Assembly: GCA_041498715.1 (NCBI GenBank)
Contig: JBGQIW010000003.1
Coordinates: 2,395-66,394, forward strand
Direction of reading: 5' to 3'
DNA: 64,000 nucleotides
DNA from: Gemmatimonadota bacterium
GTDB taxonomy: Bacteria > Gemmatimonadota > Gemmatimonadetes > Gemmatimonadales > GWC2-71-9
Part shown: piece by piece, positions 38,375 to 48,698 of the stretch
Layout of the letters: each line of letters starts with the position of its first letter
Position numbering within the stretch: position 1 is the first letter of the stretch
Made by a program: the position numbers and the translations under genes
Notes under the pieces: model-generated
Seen by the model: the letters and a program-made list of their open reading frames with translations, nothing else
What the model was told of the DNA's origin: nothing
The model's database searches: none

Positions 38375-40990
38375 CTACTTGCCTCCACCGGTGCCCCGCA
38401 CGATGCCCTCCGCCCGCGCGAGCCCGCCGAGATACTCGACGGCGACGGCCTGGACCTGCTCCGCGGTGACGGCACGGTAGGCCGCCTCCGGATCCGCGAG
38501 CTCTTCCAGCCCGTCGCCCACGAGCCACGCCTCCAGGATCTCGGCCGCAACCGACGTGGCGTGCTGGCGCCGTACCTCAGCCTGGCCCGACAGATAGCTC
38601 ACCGCTTGCGCCAGCTCGGACGGCGTCACCGGTTCCCGGACGAAGCGCTCCAGCTCCTCCAGCATCGCGGCGCGCGCTTCGGCCTCGCGGTCCGGGGAGG
38701 TCGCGATGTACGACACCAGCGCGCCGGCCCGTCCCTTCTGCCACGACGACGCCAGCACGGTATACGCAAGCGACCGGCGATCCCGGAGCGCCTCGAAGAT
38801 GCGTCCCCCGAGCCCGCTCGCCACCCCGGCCCAGACCTCGGCGGCGAACCGGTCGGGGCTCTGCCGGTCCGGGCCGCGAAACACCATCGCGAGGGCCGTC
38901 TGCGCTTTGTCGCGGGCGACGACGCGTTCGAGCGGGCGGGAATCGAGCGCCCAGGCTAGGGACGCTGACCGCGGGCTCGCCTCGCGCGCGGGCAGATTCT
39001 CGAACACGCCGGCGAGCACCTCGGCGGCGGGCTCGGGCTCGACGTCGCCGACGGCGATCACGACGGGACGCCCCGCCGCCAGCGTGCGCTGGTGCCAGCC
39101 GCGCGCGTCGGCGCCGGTCAGCCCGGCCAGCGTCTCCGGCAGGCCACCGATGGGGAGACCGTACCCGGCGTCGGCGAAGGCCGCGGCGAAGGCGAGCTGG
39201 AACGGATAGCGGAACATGTCGTCCGCCAGCTGCCGCGCCTCGGCCGCAAGCAGCTCGCGCTCCGCGACGACGTCGGCGTCGGCGAGCGTGGGGGCGTGAT
39301 ACACCGCGTCCATCAGCGCGGCTGCCTCGCCCAGCCGATCGGCGAGCACGGTGAGGCCGATGCCGAGCCAGTCCGACGCGAGCCCCGCGCCGAGACTCCC
39401 TCCCAGTCGCTCCGCTGCGAATGCCAGGCCGCCGGCATCGAGCCCCGCAGCGCCACGCAACGCGCTTCGAACCGTGAGCGCGCCCAACCCCGCCTGGCCC
39501 GGCGGGTCGAACTCGAACCGCGGCACATAGAGGCCGAGCGTCACCGTCGGGACGCCAGGCTTCCGGCGGACCAGCAGGTCCGCGCCTGGGAGCGGCGCGT
39601 GCAGGACACCGGCCTCCCTTGTGCTGCGCACCGCGCTTCGCCGAGGCGCCGCGGGCGCGGCCCCAGCCGGCGCCACGGCCGGCACCAGCGCCGTCACGGC
39701 GAACGTGCGCGCCACCTGCACATCGGTGAGCTCCCCGCCCCGCTCGCGCGGCAGATAGGCCACGGCCGAGACCGCTTCGGGATCGAGGTAGCGATCCGCC
39801 ACCGAGCGGACGTCGTTCGCCGATGTCGCCGCGAGCGCTGCGTATTCCCGGTCCAGCACGTCCACTCGCTCGAGCGCTTCCGCCGCCGCGAGCGCCGCCG
39901 CCCGCCCTTCCATCGATTCGAGCCGGCGGGCCCAGCGGGTGAGGAGCAGCGTCTTCGCGCGATCGAGGTCCGCGTCGGACGGGCCGGCGAGTCCCAGCCG
40001 GGCCGTGGCCTGGGCGATTCCCTCCAGGGCTGCGGGAACCCGCTCCGGCTCCAGGTCGGCCGTGATCCCGAAGACACCCAGCTCGGTGGGCGCGTAGTTG
40101 TACGCCGACACCGAGGTCGCGATGCCGGTTTCCCGGAGCGTGCGCTGGAGCCAGCTGCCGCGTCCTGCCGCCAGCACCGCCGCGGCGACGTCGAGCGGGG
40201 CCGCGTCCGGATGGAGCGGCGGCACCGTACGCCATCCGACCGCGAGCTCGGCCTGGCTCACATCGCCGCGCAGCGTGCGCGCGCGCACCTCGCGTCTGGG
40301 GGGCTCCGCGGGGGAAGGATCCCGCGCCCCCGGCGCCGGCGCCCAGTCGCCGTAGACGGCCCGTGCCCGCTCGAGCGCGCGGTCCGGGTCCGCATCGCCC
40401 ACGATCGCGACGATGGTCCGCTCCGGCACGTAGCGCGAGCGATAGTACCCCCACAGATCGTCTCGCGTGAAGCGGGCGAGATCCGCTTCGTAGCCGATGC
40501 GCCAGCGGCGGATCCGGTGCCGGTCGAACATGATCTCGTGGAGCGTCTCGTAGGCGACGGCGCCGGCGTTATCGAGCTTGCGCTTGGCTTCCTGGATGAT
40601 CACCTGCAGCTCGCGGCTCAGCTCGTCCGCGTCGATCACGGAGTTGCGGAGCGCATCGCTCTGGATGTCGAGCGCCGCGGCGAGCCCCCGGGCCGGCAGC
40701 ACGGTGAAATAGGCCGTGTGGTCGTAGCTGGTGCTGGCGTTCAGGTAGCCGCCCGCGGCCTTCGTCTCCCGTGCCACCGCGCCGACGCCCCGCCGCGCCG
40801 TTCCCTTGAAGAACATGTGCTCCAGCACGTGGGAGATGCCGACCCAACGATCGGGCTCGTCGAAGAACCCGGCCTTCACGTGGGTGACGACGGAGACGAC
40901 GGGAGCGGAGGCGTCGCGCTGGACCACGAGGGTGAGCCCATTGGGCAGGACCTCCCGCACCACGCCCGCGGACCAGCGCGGTTGCGTCAC
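38375..40990 (-). CDS. M16 family zinc peptidase (pitrilysin-like, four-domain fusion)
   Basis: LPNGL, HVLEHMFFKGT and NASTSYD motifs; GTGA overlap start. Confidence 0.9.
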   Translation of the reverse strand: MTQPRWSAGVVREVLPNGLTLVVQRDASAPVVSVVTHVKAGFFDEPDRWVGISHVLEHMFFKGTARRGVGAVARETKAAGGYLNASTSYDHTAYFTVLPARGLAAALDIQSDALRNSVIDADELSRELQVIIQEAKRKLDNAGAVAYETLHEIMFDRHRIRRWRIGYEADLARFTRDDLWGYYRSRYVPERTIVAIVGDADPDRALERARAVYGDWAPAPGARDPSPAEPPRREVRARTLRGDVSQAELAVGWRTVPPLHPDAAPLDVAAAVLAAGRGSWLQRTLRETGIATSVSAYNYAPTELGVFGITADLEPERVPAALEGIAQATARLGLAGPSDADLDRAKTLLLTRWARRLESMEGRAAALAAAEALERVDVLDREYAALAATSANDVRSVADRYLDPEAVSAVAYLPRERGGELTDVQVARTFAVTALVPAVAPAGAAPAAPRRSAVRSTREAGVLHAPLPGADLLVRRKPGVPTVTLGLYVPRFEFDPPGQAGLGALTVRSALRGAAGLDAGGLAFAAERLGGSLGAGLASDWLGIGLTVLADRLGEAAALMDAVYHAPTLADADVVAERELLAAEARQLADDMFRYPFQLAFAAAFADAGYGLPIGGLPETLAGLTGADARGWHQRTLAAGRPVVIAVGDVEPEPAAEVLAGVFENLPAREASPRSASLAWALDSRPLERVVARDKAQTALAMVFRGPDRQSPDRFAAEVWAGVASGLGGRIFEALRDRRSLAYTVLASSWQKGRAGALVSYIATSPDREAEARAAMLEELERFVREPVTPSELAQAVSYLSGQAEVRRQHATSVAAEILEAWLVGDGLEELADPEAAYRAVTAEQVQAVAVEYLGGLARAEGIVRGTGGGK

Positions 40991-41697
40991 TCGCGAGCTC
41001 CCCGCGCAAGCGGGCGCCACCGGAGCACCGCGAGCGCGGCGAGCAGGACGGCCGCGCCGTACCCGAGCGCGTGCGCCAGCTCCGGACCGGCGGGCGCCGG
41101 GTCGCTGAGGTGGAGCAGCGGCATGGGCGGCAGCAGCGCGTCGAGCACCGTCCCGATCGGACCCTCCGTCAGTCCCATCGAGCGGGCCAGGCCGATCGCG
41201 GTCTGCCAGGCGAGCAGCACCACCGCCAGCAGCCAGTCCCGTCGGGTGACCGTGGACAGGAGGAACACCAGCCCGCCGACGACGAGATAGAGCAGCGCCA
41301 GTCGCAGGAGAAACGTCAGGCCCAGCATGGGGACCGCGAACCGGGCCGCGATCGCCTGGCCGACGATCGCGGCGCCCAGCAGCACGGCGAGCGCCCCCAG
41401 GAGCCAGCGCTGGAGGTAGTAGAGCGGCGGACTCACCGGCTTGGCGAACAACGTGCGCTGGTGCCCGATGGCGAAATCGGCGCTCACCAGCCCGCCGGTG
41501 GCCAGCAGGGTAAGCCCGATCGCGGTCCAGTCCAGGATCACGGCGCACGCGGCGCGAGCCGCGTCGCCCATGGGGCCGGCCACCTGGATCCGGCTCGTGA
41601 CCAGCGCCGCCAGCACCGTCAGGACGGCCATCGGAATCCCCGGGCCAACCGCGAGGTCCCATGCCATCCAGCCGGCGTAGCGGGTGGGGAGCCTCAC
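40987..41697 (-). CDS. ABC-2-type membrane protein
   Basis: About 6 TM segments, D...G..RTLFAKPVS; coupled to the ABC ATPase. Confidence 0.7.
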   Translation of the reverse strand: MRLPTRYAGWMAWDLAVGPGIPMAVLTVLAALVTSRIQVAGPMGDAARAACAVILDWTAIGLTLLATGGLVSADFAIGHQRTLFAKPVSPPLYYLQRWLLGALAVLLGAAIVGQAIAARFAVPMLGLTFLLRLALLYLVVGGLVFLLSTVTRRDWLLAVVLLAWQTAIGLARSMGLTEGPIGTVLDALLPPMPLLHLSDPAPAGPELAHALGYGAAVLLAALAVLRWRPLARGARE

Positions 41698-42617
41698 CGG
41701 ACGTCTCCCACCGCGGCGCGGAACTCGCTCTCGAGCCGGCTCTCCTCCGGCGCGAACGCGGTCACCACCGCCCCGGCCCCGATCAGATCCGCCACGGCCC
41801 GGTTGAGCGCGGCGAGCTCACCGCGGACCCGCCACTCCGCGGCCCGCCCGTCCACCGCCTCCGCGCCCGGAAAGGCGCGGGCGAGCGCCGGGTGGGACGC
41901 CGCCAGCGCCAGCCGGTAGGCGACCTCGACGCCGGGGAGGGGCGCGCCCGCGGCACCGGCGGTCACGATCCGTTCGAGCCGGCCCTGGTGCAGGATCAGC
42001 ACCCGGTCGGCGAGTCGCTCCAGCTCGTCCAGGTTGTGGGAGGCGATCAGGATCAGGCGCGAAGGCCGGCGCAAGTCGCGCACGACGTCGCGGAAGCGCT
42101 GGGTCCAGATCGGATCGAGCCCGTGAGTGGGTTCGTCGAGGATGACGAAGTCGCTGTCGCCCGCGAGCGCCTGCGCGAGCCCCAGCCGCTGGAGATTGCC
42201 CTTGGACAGCTCCCGCACGCGCTTCCCGCCCTGCTCCGCCAGACCGAAGCCCTCGAGGAGCGCGTCCACCCGCTCGGCCACGCGCCCGGGCGGCACGCCG
42301 GCCAGGGTGGCGTAGCGGCGAAGGGCCGACGCCACCGACCAGTGGCCCGGAATGGCCACGAGCTCGGCGAGATAGCCGGCCCCGTGCTGCTCGATCCAGG
42401 CCCGGGGCGCGAAGCCCTCGATCCGCAGCGTCCCGCGGGAGGGCGACAGGTAGCCAAGGAGCAGCGACAGGAGGGTGGTCTTGCCCGCGCCGTTGGGGCC
42501 GGCGACGCCGACGACCTCACCCCGAGCGAGCGTCAGGGTGAGGTCGTCGAGCGCCGGCACCACTCGGGTGCCGAGGAGCGAGCGATAGGTTTTGGAGAGG
42601 CCCTGCAGCTCGATCAC
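41694..42617 (-). CDS. ABC transporter ATP-binding protein
   Basis: GPNGAGKT, LSKG, LDEP and SH motifs. Confidence 0.9.
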   Translation of the reverse strand: MIELQGLSKTYRSLLGTRVVPALDDLTLTLARGEVVGVAGPNGAGKTTLLSLLLGYLSPSRGTLRIEGFAPRAWIEQHGAGYLAELVAIPGHWSVASALRRYATLAGVPPGRVAERVDALLEGFGLAEQGGKRVRELSKGNLQRLGLAQALAGDSDFVILDEPTHGLDPIWTQRFRDVVRDLRRPSRLILIASHNLDELERLADRVLILHQGRLERIVTAGAAGAPLPGVEVAYRLALAASHPALARAFPGAEAVDGRAAEWRVRGELAALNRAVADLIGAGAVVTAFAPEESRLESEFRAAVGDVR

Positions 42618-43744
42618 TGGATGATGCGCAAAACCCCCGCCTCGGCGCTGCCGCGGATGAACGCTTCCGCGTCCGTCACCGGAATCACCACTCCGGTCTC
42701 CGCGCGACCCCGCCGGGCGAGGCCGACCATGAACTCGGTGAGCGAGGCGTCGGCCCACTCCCGGTCGGCCGCCTTCATCTGCAGCAGGATCTCCTCCCAG
42801 GTGCCGTTGAACGTGTGGCCGGCGAGCGTGCCGATCGAGTGCGCGTCGCCGCCGGGGGCGAGCTGGCCCGGGCGCCGCTGCATGGCGTGCAGCTCGGTGA
42901 GGAGCGTGCCGAACAGCTCGAGCTGATGCGGGTCCCGCACCGAGCCGTCGGGCTGCTGTGCCTCCACCTCGGCGAGCAGGAGGTCCACCGGGTCGGGATC
43001 CCCCGCGACTTCGCCGAGGCGCTGAAGCCAGGGCTGAAGCTCGGGGTCGTCGTCCCGCAGGCGATACACCGACTTCTTGAGCTCGACGTGGCGCCAGATG
43101 CCCAGCTCGTCGTAGTGCTCGTCCGGCCGGGTCTTCTCGAGGTGATGCAACGACGCCTCCGACTCGCCCCGGTCGTACAGCATGTTGGCCAGGTAGATCC
43201 GGGCCTCCGCGAAATCGGGTTCGAGCTCGAGCGCGCGGCGGAGCCAGAACAGCGCGCTGCTGTCGTTGCCGAGCCGGTGATACGAGTAGCCGAGACAGGC
43301 CGCCGCGTCAGGAGATTCCGGCTGCGCCGCCGCCGCGAATTCGAAGAACCGCTGCGCGGGACCGATCAGGGACTCGCGAAAGAGCGCCCGGCCCACCTGC
43401 AGCATCAGCTCGTGGTCGTCCTTGAAGCCCAGCAGGACGATGCGCTCGAAGGCCCGCAGCGCTCCCACCCGCTCGCCCAGCTTGAGCAGCGTCTCCCCCA
43501 GCCCGGCGAGCCCGTCCTCATGGTCGGGATCCAGGGTGAGCGCGCGTTCGAAGCTCCGCCGGGCCCACGCGTACTCCTCGCGCGCCAGCTGGGCGTAGGC
43601 GAGACCGATGTGGAGTTCGACCGCGTGGGGGTAGAGGGAGAGTCCCTCCCGGAGAAGAGCGATTGCGTCGTCGTACCGACCTTCGTTGTAGAGCTGATGG
43701 GCTTGTTCGTCGAAATCGTCGGAGCTGCGGAATGCATCCGACAT
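42614..43744 (-). CDS. Tetratricopeptide repeat protein with unrecognised C-terminal domain
   Basis: Multiple TPR-like repeats (AL.L.PD..EA...LA). Confidence 0.85.
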   Translation of the reverse strand: MSDAFRSSDDFDEQAHQLYNEGRYDDAIALLREGLSLYPHAVELHIGLAYAQLAREEYAWARRSFERALTLDPDHEDGLAGLGETLLKLGERVGALRAFERIVLLGFKDDHELMLQVGRALFRESLIGPAQRFFEFAAAAQPESPDAAACLGYSYHRLGNDSSALFWLRRALELEPDFAEARIYLANMLYDRGESEASLHHLEKTRPDEHYDELGIWRHVELKKSVYRLRDDDPELQPWLQRLGEVAGDPDPVDLLLAEVEAQQPDGSVRDPHQLELFGTLLTELHAMQRRPGQLAPGGDAHSIGTLAGHTFNGTWEEILLQMKAADREWADASLTEFMVGLARRGRAETGVVIPVTDAEAFIRGSAEAGVLRIIQ

Positions 43745-43897
43745 CGGCCGGGCCTCCCCAGATCTTTGACTCAATACTAGGACGTTGGGAAGCCCGGAGC
43801 AAGTGAACGGCGGGTCTAAACCTGGCGTGGCTCGGCTGCGTAATTACGCGCCCGCTCGTTGTTTAGCTGCTGGACAGCCGGCGAGCATCACTGGGCC

Positions 43898-43939
43898 TTG
43901 ACGAACTCCGTCTCGCCTGTATCTTACTGACCGGTCAGT
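43898..43939 (+). promoter_or_regulatory. Sigma-70 promoter and palindromic TetR operator
   Basis: TTGACG-N16-TATCTT followed directly by the perfect palindrome ACTGACCGGTCAGT (43926-43939). Confidence 0.7.
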
Positions 43940-43958
43940 TACTAAAAGAGGACCACCC

Positions 43959-44621
43959 GTGCACGACAACACCAGCCCAACCACGACCACCCCTCCCCGC
44001 TGGCAACGGCGACCGGAGGCGCGACCCGAGGAGATCCTCGACGCCGCGCTCGAGGTCTTCGGGGAGCACGGCTTCGCCCAGGCCAAGCTGGAGGATGTCG
44101 CCCGGCTGGCCGGCGTCAGCAAGGGCACGCTCTATCTCTACTTCGATTCCAAGGAAACGCTGTTCCGCGAGATGGTGCACGCCAAAGCGGTCGCGGCGGT
44201 GCGCGAGAGCGAGGCCTTCGTGGACGCGTTCCAGGGCACAAGCCGCGATCTCCTCATCGAGCTGCTCAAGCGCAAGTACGCCGTGATGCGGCACCAGCAG
44301 CTCAGCCGGATCAGCCAACTGGTGCACTCGGAGCTGCAGCGCTTCCCCGAGCTGGCGCGCTTCTACGTGCAGGAGGTTGTCCTGCCGGCCCGTCGCCTGG
44401 TCGAGCGGGTGCTCGAGCGCGGCGTCGCGGCGGGCGAGTTTCGGCCGACGCCGCACGGCTTCGCGACGCGAGGACTGCCGATGCTGCTGATCCAGGCCAC
44501 CCAGACGCAGTGTTTTCTCCGGCAGTTCGACCCGGAAGCGCTGAGCGACGAGCAGACCCTGGAGGGTCTGATCGACTTCGTCCTGCACGGCGTCCTCGCG
44601 CAACCGACCCTCCACGGCTAG
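43959..44621 (+). CDS. TetR/AcrR family transcriptional regulator
   Basis: ILDAA..VF...GF....[21 protein letters not shown] motif. Confidence 0.93.
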   Translation: MHDNTSPTTTTPPRWQRRPEARPEEILDAALEVFGEHGFAQAKLEDVARLAGVSKGTLYLYFDSKETLFREMVHAKAVAAVRESEAFVDAFQGTSRDLLIELLKRKYAVMRHQQLSRISQLVHSELQRFPELARFYVQEVVLPARRLVERVLERGVAAGEFRPTPHGFATRGLPMLLIQATQTQCFLRQFDPEALSDEQTLEGLIDFVLHGVLAQPTLHG

Positions 44622-44628
44622 CTCGACG

Positions 44629-45951
44629 ATGCGCTTTCGGCCCGTCCTGTTCTCCCTCGCGCTGCTGGCCGGGCCGCTCGCCGCCCAGCAGCCGGCTCCG
44701 CCTGCCGGGCCCTCCGGCCCGCTTTCCTTGCTCGACGCGATCCGCATCGGTCGGGACCGCGGAGTCGCGGCGACGCTCGCCCAGCTCAACGCCCGCATCG
44801 CGAACCAGCGCATCGGCGAGCGGCGAGCCGACGTGCTGCCCACCGTCTCCGGCCTGGGCGCCTATTCCCGGCAGACCGAGAACCTCGACGAGTTCGGCAT
44901 CACGTTCCCCGGGCTGCCCGACGTCACCGACCCCTTCTCGCTCTGGCGCTTCCGCGTCGGGGCGTCGCAGACCGTCTTCGACGCCAGCGCGTTCGGCCGG
45001 TTGCGGGCGGCACGTGACAGCGCCGCCGCCGCGGGGCTCGACGCCCGGGCCGTGGGCGAGCTGGGGGGCGCGACCGCGGGGCTTGCGTATCTCCGCACCC
45101 TGAGCGCGCGCGAGACCGTGAAGGCTCGCGAAGCCGACAGCGTGGTCGCCGCGACGCTGCTCGATCAGGCGCGACAGCTCGTCGCTGCGGGCGTGAGCCC
45201 CGCGATCGACGCCACCCGCAGCGAGGTCAGCTTCAGCGCGGTGCGCACCGAGCTCGAGCTCGCCCGGAACGCGGTGGACCGCACTCGGCTGGACCTGCTC
45301 CGCGCGCTCGACTTTCCCCCCGCCAGCGCGGTCGAGCTGGCCGACTCCCTCGGCCTGGGCGCCGTGGATCTGCCGCTCGACCCGGACGAGGCGGGCCGAT
45401 TCGCCCGGGAGCGGCGGTCCGAGCTCGCCGCCGAACGGAACCGGACGGCGGCGATCCGCCGTACGCTCGGGGCGATCAAGGCCGAAAATCTGCCGAGCGT
45501 CGGCCTGAACGGGTATTACCAGCGGTCGGGGACCGCGCTCGACGGCCTCTCGGGGACCTACCAGGTTCAGCTGGGCGTCACCGTGCCGATCCTCGACGGA
45601 TTCCGGCGCCAGGCCCGCGCCGGCGAACAACAGACCCGCCTCGACGCACAGCTGGTGCGCGAGCGGGATCTCGGCAACCAGGTCGAGACCGAGGCGCGGC
45701 AGGCCGTCCTCGACGTAGCATCGGCCCGGCAGCAGGTGGCTATCGCCGGCGACCGCCTCCGGCTGGCGGAGCAGGAGCTGGACCAGGCGGACGAGCGCTT
45801 CCGCGCGGGGGTGGCGGGGAGCGTGGAGACGACCAACGCACAGAGCGCCGTGATCGCGGCGCGCGACGCGCTCATCCAGGCGCGGGTGAACTACGGCACC
45901 GCCCGCGTGAGTGCATATCGCGCGCTGGGCATCATCGACCAACTCCAGTAG
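44629..45951 (+). CDS. TolC family outer-membrane efflux protein
   Basis: Signal peptide, duplicated OEP repeats, operon context. Confidence 0.88.
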   Translation: MRFRPVLFSLALLAGPLAAQQPAPPAGPSGPLSLLDAIRIGRDRGVAATLAQLNARIANQRIGERRADVLPTVSGLGAYSRQTENLDEFGITFPGLPDVTDPFSLWRFRVGASQTVFDASAFGRLRAARDSAAAAGLDARAVGELGGATAGLAYLRTLSARETVKAREADSVVAATLLDQARQLVAAGVSPAIDATRSEVSFSAVRTELELARNAVDRTRLDLLRALDFPPASAVELADSLGLGAVDLPLDPDEAGRFARERRSELAAERNRTAAIRRTLGAIKAENLPSVGLNGYYQRSGTALDGLSGTYQVQLGVTVPILDGFRRQARAGEQQTRLDAQLVRERDLGNQVETEARQAVLDVASARQQVAIAGDRLRLAEQELDQADERFRAGVAGSVETTNAQSAVIAARDALIQARVNYGTARVSAYRALGIIDQLQ

Positions 45952-45970
45952 CCCGCAACAGGAACCGGAC

Positions 45971-47068
45971 ATGGCAACCGATATCGCGATGGATATTCCC
46001 ACCACCCAGGCCGCACCGGTCGCGAGTGCCTGGCGCAAGCGCCTGCCGCTCGTGCTGGGCGCCGCCCTGGTGATCGCCGTGGCGGTCTGGGGCGGCCGCA
46101 AGTACGTCTACGCCCTGACCCACGAGAGCACGGACAACGCGCAGCTCGACGGCCACATTACGGTCATCGCGCCCAAGGTCCAGGCATTCGTCTCCCGGGT
46201 CCTGGTGGACGACAACCAGCACGTGAAGGCGGGGGATACGCTCGTCGTCCTTGACGGCCGCGACCTCGACGTACGGCTCAAGCAGGCGGAGGCCGACCTG
46301 GCGAATGCGCAGGCCACCGCCGGCAGCGCCCGCGGAGCGGGCCAGGCCGGGGCGCAGCTCGCCTGGAGTCGGGCACAGCAGGCGAGCGCGCAGGCCACCG
46401 TTGTCTCCGCCGAGGCGAACTTCAAGAAGGCGGGGGCCGACCTCGAGCGGATTCGCGGCCTGGCCGCGAACCGGATCGTCCCGGCCCAGGAGCTCGACGC
46501 GGCGCAGGCGGCCTACGACGCCGCCGCCGGGACGCTGGAGTCGGCCAGGAAGCAGCTGGCCGGGGCCGGCGACCAGGTCTCCGCCTACGGCGCGGCGCTC
46601 TCGGGCGCCGGCGCCCGTGTGGCGGCGGCAGCGGCCGCGGCGGACAACGCCCGGCTCCAGGCCAGCTACGCCTACATCCTCGCGCCGACCGAAGGCATCG
46701 TCGCCAAGCGGAGCGCGGAAGTCGGCGCGCTGGTGCAGCCGGGCCAGACGCTGATGTCGATCGTGCCCGACCGGGACGTCTGGGTCACGGCGAACCTGAA
46801 GGAGACTCAGCTCGAGCACGTCGCGGTGGGCGACAGGGCCACCTTCACGGTCGACGCGTACTCCGGGCACGTCTTCCACGGCCACGTAGAGAGTCTGAGC
46901 CCCGCAACGGGTGCCCGGTTCTCCTTGCTCCCACCCGACAACGCCACGGGCAACTTCACCAAGGTGGTGCAGCGGGTCCCAGTGCGGGTCGCCGTGGACG
47001 ACCCGCCCGACCCCGCGCGGCCGCTACGGCCCGGCATGTCGGCGGTCGTGGACATCGCGACCAAGTAG
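45971..47068 (+). CDS. emrA: HlyD/EmrA family membrane fusion protein
   Basis: STDNA and ATGA.FSLLPPDNATGNFTKVVQRVPV motifs. Confidence 0.9.
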   Translation: MATDIAMDIPTTQAAPVASAWRKRLPLVLGAALVIAVAVWGGRKYVYALTHESTDNAQLDGHITVIAPKVQAFVSRVLVDDNQHVKAGDTLVVLDGRDLDVRLKQAEADLANAQATAGSARGAGQAGAQLAWSRAQQASAQATVVSAEANFKKAGADLERIRGLAANRIVPAQELDAAQAAYDAAAGTLESARKQLAGAGDQVSAYGAALSGAGARVAAAAAAADNARLQASYAYILAPTEGIVAKRSAEVGALVQPGQTLMSIVPDRDVWVTANLKETQLEHVAVGDRATFTVDAYSGHVFHGHVESLSPATGARFSLLPPDNATGNFTKVVQRVPVRVAVDDPPDPARPLRPGMSAVVDIATK

Positions 47069-47077
47069 GCGCGACCG

Positions 47078-48667
47078 ATGGCCACGATGTCGCTTCCGTC
47101 CGCCGAAGGGGGGATGCAGCGGGCGGACGTCTACCGCTACCGATATCTCATCGCGTTCGCGGTGGCGCTCGCGAGCGTGCTGGAGCTGGTGGACACCAGC
47201 ATCGTCAACGTGGCCATCCCGCACATGATGGGCGAGCTGGGCGCCACCCTGGACGAGATCGCCTGGGTGTCCACCGGCTACATCGTCGCCAACGTGATCG
47301 TCCTGCCGCTCACCAGCTGGCTCTCCACGCGGTTCGGGCGGCGGAACTACTACACCGGCTCCATCATCCTGTTCACGGCGGCATCGTTCCTCTGCGGGAA
47401 CGCGACATCGCTGGAGACCCTGGTGGCCGCGCGGGTCATTCAGGGGATCGGCGGCGGCGCACTCATCTCCACGGCGCAGGCCATTCTGTTCGACGTCTTC
47501 CCGGTCGAGGAGCGGGCCACCGGCCAGGCGATTTTCGGGATGAGCGTGATGGTGGGCCCGACCCTCGGACCGACCCTTGGGGGCTGGATCACGGACAACT
47601 ACTCCTGGCCCTGGATCTTCTACATCAACATTCCGCTGGGCATCCTCGCCGGGCTCCTCACCTGGCGGCTGGTGCCTGAGCCCGCCCACCATGCGGGCCA
47701 CGAAACCGAGACGGTTGACTGGTGGGGCCTCGCGTTCCTGATCCTCGGAATCGGGGCGCTGCAGGTGATGCTGGAGCGGGGCGAGTCGAAGGACTGGTTC
47801 GAGTCGCGGGAGATCGTGACGGAAGGGATCCTGGCCGCGATCGGACTGATCGGCTTCGTCTGGCACGAGCTGCGGACGGAGCACCCGATCGTCGACCTCC
47901 GGATCCTCAAGAACCGGCAGCTGGCCGTCGGCGTCACCTTCGCCGTCCTGCTCGGCTTCGCGCTCTACTCCAGCGTGTTCGCCCTCCCGGTGTTCCTCCA
48001 GAACGTCCTGGGGTTCACGGCATGGGATACGGGCAAGGTCATCCTCCCCGGGGCGATCGCCAGCGCGGTCGCGATGGCGATGATGGGACGGCTGGCCCCG
48101 CGGGTGGACGCCCGCATCCTGATCACGATCGGCGTGCTGATGTTTCTCACCTCGATGTGGATGCATTACCACTTCACGGTGGATACCGGCATGCACGACC
48201 TGTTGTTGCCCATGGTGCTCCGGGGCTTCGGCATCGGGCTGGTCTTCGTGCCGCTCACCGGCGCGACCGTGGCCGATCTCAAGCCGGGCCAGATTCCCCA
48301 GGGGACCGGCCTGTTCAACCTGTCGCGCCAGCTGGGCGGCAGCTTCGGCATCGCCGTCACCGCGACCCTGCTGAGCCGGTTCACCGACCACGCCCGGAGC
48401 GCGCTGGCATCGCATCTCACCGCGTCCGACGCCGCCACCCGTGGCTGGCTCGACGCGGTCACCGGTTCGATGCAGCGGTTCGGCGGCACGATGGCCGAAG
48501 CCCAGCTCAAGGCGTCCGCGGTGCTCGGCCTCAAGCTGGCCCAGCAGGCCTCGGTATTCGCCTTCGAGAAGGTGTTCCTGATCATGGGGCTGTCCTTCAC
48601 CGCGGTGCTCCCGCTCCTCCTGCTGTTCCGCACCGGCCGCGCGCGGGGAGGCGGGATGGCGCACTGA
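47078..48667 (+). CDS. emrB: DHA2/EmrB family MFS efflux permease
   Basis: DTSIVNVA, WV.T.Y, W.WIFYINIP and RQLGGSFG motifs. Confidence 0.92.
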   Translation: MATMSLPSAEGGMQRADVYRYRYLIAFAVALASVLELVDTSIVNVAIPHMMGELGATLDEIAWVSTGYIVANVIVLPLTSWLSTRFGRRNYYTGSIILFTAASFLCGNATSLETLVAARVIQGIGGGALISTAQAILFDVFPVEERATGQAIFGMSVMVGPTLGPTLGGWITDNYSWPWIFYINIPLGILAGLLTWRLVPEPAHHAGHETETVDWWGLAFLILGIGALQVMLERGESKDWFESREIVTEGILAAIGLIGFVWHELRTEHPIVDLRILKNRQLAVGVTFAVLLGFALYSSVFALPVFLQNVLGFTAWDTGKVILPGAIASAVAMAMMGRLAPRVDARILITIGVLMFLTSMWMHYHFTVDTGMHDLLLPMVLRGFGIGLVFVPLTGATVADLKPGQIPQGTGLFNLSRQLGGSFGIAVTATLLSRFTDHARSALASHLTASDAATRGWLDAVTGSMQRFGGTMAEAQLKASAVLGLKLAQQASVFAFEKVFLIMGLSFTAVLPLLLLFRTGRARGGGMAH

Positions 48668-48698
48668 AGCGGCGTGTTTCATACTTCTCGCCGCCCCC

